DNA of 25,718 bases from the NCBI GenBank assembly GCA_049472335.1, contig JBLIRO010000069.1:1-25718 (forward strand), written 5' to 3'. Every line of letters begins with the position of its first letter. The first letter of the stretch is position 1. Below, piece by piece: positions 17,890 to 25,718 of the stretch. Position numbers and translations under genes: made by a program. The DNA comes from a bacterium (GTDB lineage: Bacteria > SZUA-182 > DTGQ01 > JAFGSM01). The notes beneath the pieces were generated by a model. It made no database searches and had not been told where the DNA came from. It saw only the letters and a list, made by a program, of their open reading frames with translations.

Positions 17890-20800
17890 CTAAAATCCCG
17901 CGAGTTTGATCTTGAGCACCGCCTTTTCCGTTATATTTTCGATCAATATCCAATATCCTTTGCCCGGCATCATATTCTCTGATTCAAGAAGCCTTAAATA
18001 TCCCTTCCCTTGTACATACCTGTAGATTACCTTGATACTCCCATTATCTGATAAAACCTTGGCTTGAAAGGTGCATCCGCCGATCATCTCCCATCCATCG
18101 CTTTGAACCGTTTTACTATGAGAACAGATAGTATTACCATAGAGCACATAGTTCTGATCCTTATTGAATAGTATCCAGTATCCCTCACCAATCTGCAAAT
18201 CTTCGCTCCTTTTCACCCTGACATATCCGGATTCCCTTTCAAACTTATACACAACTTCAGCTTCTGGGAATAATGCGGATAGTGTTGCGTCATTGGGTTG
18301 TATTGGAAGTGATATCATGCTCCAGCCTTCGGGAAAGTTTATTTCAGTGGGTTTAAAATCCACTTTGCCATTTACATGTTTATAAAATTCCGCATTCCCT
18401 TCATAAACGCCATTGTGGGGATGACATGTATCACAGCTAGTATCTGAGCTTGAATGATATATGTCATTCGGATCAGGCGATGTTTTGTGGCAATTATTAC
18501 AGTAGAGAAATCGTCCGTAATTATCCAGACAGACCGGATTGTTCGGATCACGGCAAAATTTATCCACTGCTGACCAGGAAATCGGATCTGCATAACCACC
18601 TTTTGCGTTGCCATGACAATAAAGATTGGAACATGTCCTGGTATCCCTTTCATATATTCCATTGGGATTCATTAACCGATCATTGGGATTCATATACTGG
18701 TCAAGCCCAACCGGGGTATAGTCGTCCAAAACGAATATATATTCATCATCTGGATCGTATAATGGACCGTTGGGATCGATATGGCATGCTATACAGGGGA
18801 AGTTATCCCGCGCATGTGCCGCATGCACGTCCTGATTTGGATCTTTCTCAGGCAGACTTGAATCCGAAACAGGGAAGGGTGGGGGAGGTGTGCCGTGTCC
18901 CTTGCCGAAAAGGGTTTCACCCAGGCTGTTAACCGGCTGACTTCCGTCCACGGTAAATGTGTCTATATCTATCCTGCCTATCCCGTGACACCGGCAGGTG
19001 GGTGCAAACGCCTTTGAATTGAAAACCGATCTGGAATCGCTTGTTTCATAATCATAATCGGGATCATTGGGATCAGGAGTTGGCCCGGGGTCATGGATAT
19101 GACATCCGGTACAGTCTGTGCCGCGGTAATCGATGGTGCAGGAATTTGAGTCCAAGCAGGGATCATTGTCGGGATTGAAGTAATGACGGGAGCCGTTTCG
19201 GTGTTTATAATCATATCCCTTATCCCCGTAAGGATCTCCGGGATTTGGCCAATATTCCCTGGGCTTGTCCTGATGGCAGACTTCGCAGATGTCCTTTGTG
19301 CTTGCTGGAATAGAGATGGAATTCTCTGGAGAATCCGGCTCGCGGACATCCTGTGCCAGGGGATCAGAGAAATTTACAACCCATGTGTCCCTATTTGGAT
19401 CTGGATGAAGGTCGGCAAACGGGTCGCAGTCTGTCACCCGGAATTGACTGTAATGACAATTGTTACATATATATTTATAGATCCTTCCCTTGATCATAAA
19501 GACATTGGCGTTTCCCTGCTCGTCTCCGGATCCATGCGGATTATGGCATACAATACAGTGGGAAAATCTATATACCGGTCCCGGTTTCCTTAGTCCGATA
19601 CCTAGTTCTTTATAGACGAAATGGGAATATTTTGTTGGGTGACACTCCCTGCAAGGCTCCCACTGTTTGTCTCCCCGGCATAGATCCGGATATGACCTCT
19701 CGTCCACTCCCCACCTTTCATCCCTGTACTTTGCTGTATCGAGGTGTCCGTTATACTTGCCAATGGGAAAACCATCAGGATAGTCTAAGGCTTGAAGCGT
19801 CTCTACACAGACCTTTTCTAGAACCGTTTCATTGGACCAATGGCATTCCCAGCAGAGGTTCTTTCTCCCGTCTTCGGGATCGAGATTGAGGTCATGAATG
19901 TTGCTGTGCAGATTTGTAGTCACTCCATGCCCGCTTTTCGGCCAGTAATTCTGTCCCGGGACCTTGTCCTGATCGGGCGCGGTTATCAAACAACCATTCG
20001 GATCATTATCATAATACATATTGGGAAAGGAGCAATACCGGCTTATATAGGAAGCATATATCCCTCCGTTTTCATATGAATCATCATGGCATTGCAGGCA
20101 AGTCACGGAGCCGGGATCGCCCCATTGCAGAACCTTTGATTTATTATCAATATTGGGGTCAATGTTTTCCATCGGATAAAAACCTCCATGACATTCAGTA
20201 CAGATGATTGTGTATTCCAGTTTTTCCCCATCCTTGAAATAGACATTGTTATCCGATTGGTGTGGTATATTGGCGTCAGCCTGAGTATAGCGAGCAGGAT
20301 CGTGACAATCAAGGCACCATCTTCCCAGGCCGAAAGGTTGATATACAAGATGACTGAGATGCCCCTTTTTTCTGTATTTATATATTTCGCTGTCTGTGAA
20401 ATTTTCAGATAAATTGAAATCAAAGAAATTCTTAATGGGCTTAAAATCGAGTGTTGAATAATAGAGTGGGTTAGGCAGGCCCGTTTGGTTCGCAAAGCAT
20501 AGGAGATTCGGTTGAGTGGGTTTGTTAGGATTCAGGGCCAGATCCGGATACATGTCCTGATGGCATTGCCAGCATCCTTCGTCTGCTAAATGCTCAGTCA
20601 GACCTGATTCTTGTATTGTGAATTGATACCCTGCATCCATTGCATTAAAGGGAACAGCCAAATCATTAGCCTTTATTAAAACCCGGACCGACTCACCATA
20701 CCGGAAGGAGAAAGGAAGATTACAAATTACCCGTATTTTATCCGGTGTTTCATACTCTTTCTCAATCCAGGCCGTAAGATTTACGCCTTGAACAAATAAT

Positions 20801-23151
20801 TCTATAGAATTCGTATCAATCCCTGATCCGGGGTCCTCAATATTAAAAATAATATTAGTGTTTGGAGATACTTGTGCAGCTCCTTGTGAAGGATATTGTT
20901 CAGTGATTTCAGGGGGGATTATATCCGGAAATTCCTTTGTTAATATCAGGCGGCCTAAATCAGGGGCCTCATCGATTCGAGTTAATCCACCATGTGGATT
21001 GTGACATTCCAAACATTCACCATCTTTTAAACCTTCATTATCATGGGCATCCGTATGGCAACCTTTACAAAAATCCCTGCGTTGCCCCGGATAGCCGGCA
21101 GTTCCATCCTTGCTCCTCAGATAATATCCCCCGCCTGAATCGGGCTGCAAGTGGGGATTATGACATGTCCCGCAATAGAATCCGTCATTTGAATTTGGAT
21201 CGGGTCTCAAACCGGTGGGTATTGTGTCCACTTCATTGGAATCCAGGGGATAATAGTCAGGGTCAAAATCCTTCACCCCTTCTATGTCCGCCCAGTAACT
21301 CATTACATGATCTTCCAGGTAATCCTCAGGGATCGGATTACCTAACTTAATACCCTTAAAGACAGTCTTGGAACCATTTAATACATAATTAATATTATGG
21401 CAGCAAAAGCAAAGCTGGCGAACACCCTTGAAAGGCCCCAGGCAACAACATCCTCTGTCAGGGTCTGACGGTGAAGGGCATTCTATTGACCAGAGCTTTG
21501 GTCCACAGGCCCCATGAGGTATATGGCAGGCACTGCAGATCCCGCGTCCATGGGAAAAGGTGCTGCCTCCGTGAGCTCCTTCCGGAAAGCTGTATTCGCT
21601 ATCACCAAAGGAGTGACATGCCTTGCACAATTCACTGCCGGCGTTTACAAGTTCTCGGTTTCTGAAGTTATCCTTTACAAGCAGATGTCCGTGGTCTCTG
21701 TTTGAATCGTTTTTTGTGCCCCCTTCCCAGGAGGTTACTGCCGCATGGGCATTATGGCAGGTCAGACATACCACTTTTCCGCTTCCGCCCAGAATGGATT
21801 CACCTGTAACAGGGTCGTATGGATATGTTATGCCTCCTGGTCTGCCACTCCCGCCTTGAGAAAAAAGAGGGCCTCCGCCATTATATGTGTCCACAAACGC
21901 GGTCTCGGTGGGTTTCCCCTGGGCGGGATTATTGTTAGGACCTACTCCTATGGGATGGCTGTTTGAAACAAATTGTCCATCTCTATCATGACATTCCTGG
22001 CAGAGACCATAGACTTCATAGGGAGAACGGTTTGATCTTAGATAGGGCCGGTTTGCAGCCTTATGCACATCATGGCAGGTCCCGCAAAAGATTCGCCCCT
22101 CCTTTGATCCGTAATCGTCGGGAACTGCCGGGTTGTTACCGTCTGAAACGGGAAACATGCTTACGTCTATTTGGTTTTGTGGTTCAACGGCAAAAGGATG
22201 GGTAAAAAATCCGGCCGGGTCAAGAAGGGAGCCGGCAGCGCCTTGTCCGCCAACAATGCTTTCTACCCCATGACAACCATAGCACATATCCTCATAGTCA
22301 TCGAGGTCCGTATCGGTTGTTCTGTCTCCCCAGGCCAGGTTTTGAGGGCCGATCCTAATTAAGGCGTCTATATCCGCCCTTATGGAACCGGGAACACCCT
22401 CGTTTTCCCTTTCTTCACCATCATGAATGAAGTGACAGAACATGCATTGTCTGCAAGGAACCGTCTTTTCATAATCGTTATCAATTGCAGCCGGGTCAAA
22501 GACCTTTCTTGTAATGCTTGTAATGCCTGAATTGGTATCCCAAAAGTGTTTTCCGTCATTCATCATAGTCTTGTCGCTATGGCATTTTATACAAAACTCC
22601 GCATTGTCATTGGTGAAGTCCCATCGGAGGAAGTTATTTTCTTTGCTCTGGTCATAATCTTTCCCGTCTATCACCTCATGAAAATCTTTATGGCATGAGA
22701 TACAGGTGATTTCATGGTTGTTATTCAGGTTTTCTGTAGCTTCCGCACCAGGAGCCCTCACGAATACATTCCCTGTTAATCTGGCCTGAGTTCCCATGGG
22801 GTGATGATTCTTTCTGTGTTTATTATTTGCGATCTCAATACCATCGACCTGGTCTCCATATATCGGCGCTGCACCTTCGGATCGCCAGAGGTTATTATTG
22901 GGATCAGATGGGTCCAGGGTATGATACGCCTGATGACAACCATAGCAAAAAAGGGAAGGTAATAATGTTTTATCATTAGGATCTTCGGTTATTTCCGGCA
23001 CGTTGGGAGAAGCAGAAAAGGGGCTAAAAACCAAATAGTAATTTGGATCTTGAATAAGGTCGTTAACCGGCTCATTCGCATATAACCTGGATGATTGTAA
23101 GGAAAATATAACCAGCAACACACATAAGCTTGGCACAATCAGTCTTCTCAT
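17890..23151 (-). CDS. Very large secreted multiheme c-type cytochrome with internal Ig-like domain and C-terminal duplicated GW...GYW module (likely start ATG 23151, about 1753 aa)
   Basis: Manual count of 27 CxxCH plus CSNLYCH and CRCH. Sec-type signal MRRLIVPSLCVLLVIFSLQSSRLYA. Paired CxxCHxxH...CxxCH modules; Ig-like segment DIIPPEITEQYP...YQFTI; two GW-x-MI...GYWIL repeats at the C-terminus. Confidence 0.93.
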   Translation of the reverse strand: MRRLIVPSLCVLLVIFSLQSSRLYANEPVNDLIQDPNYYLVFSPFSASPNVPEITEDPNDKTLLPSLFCYGCHQAYHTLDPSDPNNNLWRSEGAAPIYGDQVDGIEIANNKHRKNHHPMGTQARLTGNVFVRAPGAEATENLNNNHEITCISCHKDFHEVIDGKDYDQSKENNFLRWDFTNDNAEFCIKCHSDKTMMNDGKHFWDTNSGITSITRKVFDPAAIDNDYEKTVPCRQCMFCHFIHDGEERENEGVPGSIRADIDALIRIGPQNLAWGDRTTDTDLDDYEDMCYGCHGVESIVGGQGAAGSLLDPAGFFTHPFAVEPQNQIDVSMFPVSDGNNPAVPDDYGSKEGRIFCGTCHDVHKAANRPYLRSNRSPYEVYGLCQECHDRDGQFVSNSHPIGVGPNNNPAQGKPTETAFVDTYNGGGPLFSQGGSGRPGGITYPYDPVTGESILGGSGKVVCLTCHNAHAAVTSWEGGTKNDSNRDHGHLLVKDNFRNRELVNAGSELCKACHSFGDSEYSFPEGAHGGSTFSHGRGICSACHIPHGACGPKLWSIECPSPSDPDRGCCCLGPFKGVRQLCFCCHNINYVLNGSKTVFKGIKLGNPIPEDYLEDHVMSYWADIEGVKDFDPDYYPLDSNEVDTIPTGLRPDPNSNDGFYCGTCHNPHLQPDSGGGYYLRSKDGTAGYPGQRRDFCKGCHTDAHDNEGLKDGECLECHNPHGGLTRIDEAPDLGRLILTKEFPDIIPPEITEQYPSQGAAQVSPNTNIIFNIEDPGSGIDTNSIELFVQGVNLTAWIEKEYETPDKIRVICNLPFSFRYGESVRVLIKANDLAVPFNAMDAGYQFTIQESGLTEHLADEGCWQCHQDMYPDLALNPNKPTQPNLLCFANQTGLPNPLYYSTLDFKPIKNFFDFNLSENFTDSEIYKYRKKGHLSHLVYQPFGLGRWCLDCHDPARYTQADANIPHQSDNNVYFKDGEKLEYTIICTECHGGFYPMENIDPNIDNKSKVLQWGDPGSVTCLQCHDDSYENGGIYASYISRYCSFPNMYYDNDPNGCLITAPDQDKVPGQNYWPKSGHGVTTNLHSNIHDLNLDPEDGRKNLCWECHWSNETVLEKVCVETLQALDYPDGFPIGKYNGHLDTAKYRDERWGVDERSYPDLCRGDKQWEPCRECHPTKYSHFVYKELGIGLRKPGPVYRFSHCIVCHNPHGSGDEQGNANVFMIKGRIYKYICNNCHYSQFRVTDCDPFADLHPDPNRDTWVVNFSDPLAQDVREPDSPENSISIPASTKDICEVCHQDKPREYWPNPGDPYGDKGYDYKHRNGSRHYFNPDNDPCLDSNSCTIDYRGTDCTGCHIHDPGPTPDPNDPDYDYETSDSRSVFNSKAFAPTCRCHGIGRIDIDTFTVDGSQPVNSLGETLFGKGHGTPPPPFPVSDSSLPEKDPNQDVHAAHARDNFPCIACHIDPNGPLYDPDDEYIFVLDDYTPVGLDQYMNPNDRLMNPNGIYERDTRTCSNLYCHGNAKGGYADPISWSAVDKFCRDPNNPVCLDNYGRFLYCNNCHKTSPDPNDIYHSSSDTSCDTCHPHNGVYEGNAEFYKHVNGKVDFKPTEINFPEGWSMISLPIQPNDATLSALFPEAEVVYKFERESGYVRVKRSEDLQIGEGYWILFNKDQNYVLYGNTICSHSKTVQSDGWEMIGGCTFQAKVLSDNGSIKVIYRYVQGKGYLRLLESENMMPGKGYWILIENITEKAVLKIKLAGF

Positions 23152-23173
23152 TTTTTTCCCCTTTCCCGACCCC

Positions 23174-23214
23174 AAAAAAAAGCACTATAGGAGGCTTTAT
23201 CCCCATAGTGCTTT
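23174..23214 (-). terminator. Intrinsic terminator-like hairpin in the leader of the cytochrome gene
   Basis: Minus strand AAAGCACTATGGGG-ATAAAGCC-TCCTATAGTGCTTT (14-bp stem including 2 G-U pairs) running into a T8 tract that ends 22 nt before ATG 23151. Confidence 0.7.
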
Positions 23215-23697
23215 AATTGGGTTTATTGTTGATTTTTGTTACTTTTTTCTTTGATAAATCAATATAATTTATCATCTGGAAATATCTTCCTAAAAAATAA
23301 TCAACGATCAGATATTAGAAAAAGATTTAAATTTTGTTGAAAAAACTTGATATTATAGAATGTGAGCTAGGTGTAAAAGCAGGATGAATATGTCGGATTT
23401 CTAAAATTTTGTAAAATCGAAATGCATGAAATTTATTAAATCATATCTGATATTAATCTTTATGTCAAATTTGAGATTAATTACTAAACATAAACATATA
23501 GTTGAGATATACCTTAATTTTTCTATTTTGGACATTTCAACGAGAAATATCCTTTGCCAAAAATTTAACCACTTTCATTTTTTATGAAAAAGTAATATAT
23601 TTTTAGAACAACCCGTGCAGAAGAGAAAAATTATTACTCATAGGTCATTGAACATTTAATCAGGATTTATTTAAATGATAAGGATATTATAGGAAAA

Positions 23698-24675
23698 ATG
23701 AATTGGCGGAACAGGAAAATATCAGGATGCTGGCTTTCCCTTTTTTTCTCTCTATTATTGATCTCTTGCCAAGGCGCTGTGAAATCATATCAAAGAAGCG
23801 ATACACCGGTATCTGAAAAAGAAGACATCTACAGACAGGCAATTAACAAGGGATACCTATGGCTGGATTTACATCCTGTAGGTTTTGAAGATGGCGGGTG
23901 TCTGGCAATCCTGGAGGAGATAATAGCCTTCTATTTTCTAAGGAATAACACAGAAGACATTAACCTTAAAAAGGATTATTTAGATGAAATCCAAAAAAGG
24001 ATAGATTTGATTGTCTTAAAAGAGGGTTTTAAGGTTCAGCCAAAGGAATATACAGTGTTTTTAACTGTTACGAAGATTAGTGAACAGTTGGGAATTCATC
24101 CCGAATACTTTAGAAAAATTGCTGAAGATCAGTTAATATCCAATCCCTTCCTCTACTCCGAAAATATGACTAGTAATATATGGAATACCCTTTATCTTGA
24201 AAGGCTTGGCTATGACCCTCCAATGGATTTGGAGATATTGATGAGTCAGAGCATTATCCGGCAAGAGCTGGAAAAAAGATTTATATTTAAGCTTGTCAGC
24301 GGCCAGGTTAATCCCGGATACGTTAATCCCATGACTTTGACCTTATATTATCTGACTCATGAAATATTTTGTTTGACCGATTTTGGCGAACTTCCTCCTC
24401 CATCTATTATAACAAATAACCAGGCCTTTTTTTCTGAATTTTTCGATAAGACCATTCACTGGTCTATGGCTATAGGACATACTGATCTTCTGGCTGAATT
24501 GATAATGTGTGTAAAACTGCTTGATTTAAAAGATGTCCCATCCTTTCAGCAAGGCGTAGAATTTATCCTCTCAAGGCAGGAAGATAATGGTAGTTTTGGA
24601 ATAACAAACCCAACCTTGCCCAACATATACCGGCACGGCGTACTCGTTTCCATAATGGCACTTTCCATGGTGTGA
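23698..24675 (+). CDS. Putative lipoprotein with helical prenyltransferase/terpene-cyclase-like repeat (DUF6895-like)
   Basis: Lipobox LLISC after a basic/hydrophobic leader; motifs YYLTHEIFCLTDFG, DLLAELIMC, QW-like FILSRQEDNGSFG, YRHGVLV. The family name is from recall and was not searched. Confidence 0.7.
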   Translation: MNWRNRKISGCWLSLFFSLLLISCQGAVKSYQRSDTPVSEKEDIYRQAINKGYLWLDLHPVGFEDGGCLAILEEIIAFYFLRNNTEDINLKKDYLDEIQKRIDLIVLKEGFKVQPKEYTVFLTVTKISEQLGIHPEYFRKIAEDQLISNPFLYSENMTSNIWNTLYLERLGYDPPMDLEILMSQSIIRQELEKRFIFKLVSGQVNPGYVNPMTLTLYYLTHEIFCLTDFGELPPPSIITNNQAFFSEFFDKTIHWSMAIGHTDLLAELIMCVKLLDLKDVPSFQQGVEFILSRQEDNGSFGITNPTLPNIYRHGVLVSIMALSMV

Positions 24676-24685
24676 TATTAGTAAA

Positions 24686-25718
24686 ATGAAAACTATAGAC
24701 AATCCTCAATTAGAGCTTGCCTTTAATTTTGTTCAGTATACCAATAAAAGTGTTTTTCTTACTGGAAAGGCAGGTACGGGAAAGACAACCTTTTTACATA
24801 ACCTGAAAAGATTATCTCCCAAAAGGATGATTGTAGTTGCCCCGACCGGGGTTGCTGCTATTAACGCAGGAGGGGTCACTATACATTCCTTTTTTCAAAT
24901 GCCATTAGGACCTCAGGTGCCTGCAAGATATACCAATGAAACAGACACATCACAACCCTATGCCCAAAATCAATATAATATAAAAAAACTGAACCGGGAG
25001 AAAATAGGTATTATAAAAAGTATGGATCTTTTGGTTATCGATGAGATCAGCATGGTCAGGGCCGATTTGCTGGATGGGATTGATGATGTATTAAGAAGAT
25101 TCAGGGATCATGACAAACCATTTGGCGGGACACAGTTACTTATGATAGGAGACATACAGCAATTGGCACCGGTGGTCAAGGAAGATGAATGGGAAATCCT
25201 GAAAAGCTATTATGAAACCGTTTATTTCTTCAGCAGCAAAGCCCTTAACCAAACCCATTTCATCAGTATTGAGCTTAAACATATTTACAGGCAAAGTGAT
25301 GAATATTTTGTCAACATATTAAATAAGATCAGGAACAACAATATTGATAAACCTGCGCTTGATGAACTTAACAAGCGCTATATTCCGAATTTTTCGCCTG
25401 CTGAAAATGAAGGGTATATCACCTTAACTACACACAACAGACGGGCGCAGGAGATCAATGATACCAGGCTTAAAAAACTGCCTGGAAAACCGCGGGTATT
25501 TACTGCAGTTGTTGAAGGAGACTTCCCTGACTATTCTTATCCCACGGAGTATAACCTGGAGCTCAAAACGGGTGCGCAGGTAATGTTTGTTAAAAATGAT
25601 ACGTCAGGCAATAAATTGTATTACAATGGGAAGATAGGGAAAATTGCGAAGATCGAAGAAGATTCAGTCTGGGTTGAATGTCCGGGGGACCCTCTGCCTA
25701 TTCCTGTTGAAAAGATTA
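24686..25718 (+). CDS. Pif1-like (SF1B) DNA helicase, 3'-truncated by the window edge (absent from the ORF track)
   Basis: Own translation from ATG 24686: MKTIDNPQLELAFNFVQYTNKSVFLTGKAGTGKTT, VAPTGVAAINAGGVTIHSFFQ, VIDEISMVRADLLD, PFGGTQLLMIGDIQQLAPV, IYRQSD, LTTHN, LKTGAQVMFVKND, YYNGKIG; no stop seen. Confidence 0.92.
   Translation, partial: MKTIDNPQLELAFNFVQYTNKSVFLTGKAGTGKTTFLHNLKRLSPKRMIVVAPTGVAAINAGGVTIHSFFQMPLGPQVPARYTNETDTSQPYAQNQYNIKKLNREKIGIIKSMDLLVIDEISMVRADLLDGIDDVLRRFRDHDKPFGGTQLLMIGDIQQLAPVVKEDEWEILKSYYETVYFFSSKALNQTHFISIELKHIYRQSDEYFVNILNKIRNNNIDKPALDELNKRYIPNFSPAENEGYITLTTHNRRAQEINDTRLKKLPGKPRVFTAVVEGDFPDYSYPTEYNLELKTGAQVMFVKNDTSGNKLYYNGKIGKIAKIEEDSVWVECPGDPLPIPVEKI

Noticed and set aside
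18164..22976. Many short ORFs within the cytochrome gene
   Set aside because: Fully nested in a long motif-rich ORF, with no independent coding signals.
23215..23697. GEMM-I (c-di-GMP/cGAMP) riboswitch before the cytochrome; imperfect dyad GGACATTTC-N5-GAAATATCC at 23530-23552
   Set aside because: A GGCAAA precedes the dyad on the minus strand, but the GNRA-capped stem, GACGCAAAG and the second stem are missing, so it is not called.

Overview
AT-rich chromosomal window from a diderm, probably anaerobic bacterium. GroEL, DegQ, DUF1844 and WrbA look Desulfobacterota/Nitrospirota-like, but the lineage cannot be fixed from sequence alone. From left to right: (1) a putatively sigma54-driven secreted S8 subtilase facing two divergent secreted paralogues; all three end in low-complexity Tyr/Gly/Pro-rich tails, one a (GGGYY)8 array; (2) a GldA/GldF/GldG-like ABC exporter plus DUF4340 operon; (3) a 127-bp MITE-like element with terminal inverted repeats and a 6-bp target duplication; (4) a stress/housekeeping block: DegQ, a short RpoD-like sigma factor coupled to a CDP-alcohol phosphatidyltransferase, DUF1844, CIRCE-controlled groES-groEL, an HExxH peptidase and wrbA; (5) a stand-alone secreted multiheme cytochrome c of about 1750 aa with 27 CxxCH, 1 CX4CH and 1 CxCH motifs, an internal Ig-like domain and a duplicated GW...GYW C-terminal module, preceded by a leader terminator; (6) a lipoprotein with a prenyltransferase-like repeat and a Bacteroidota-like Pif1 helicase running off the window. 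No rRNA, tRNA, CRISPR array or transposase was seen. The best candidates for novelty are the giant modular cytochrome and the Tyr/Gly-tail secreted-protein cluster beside the ABC exporter.
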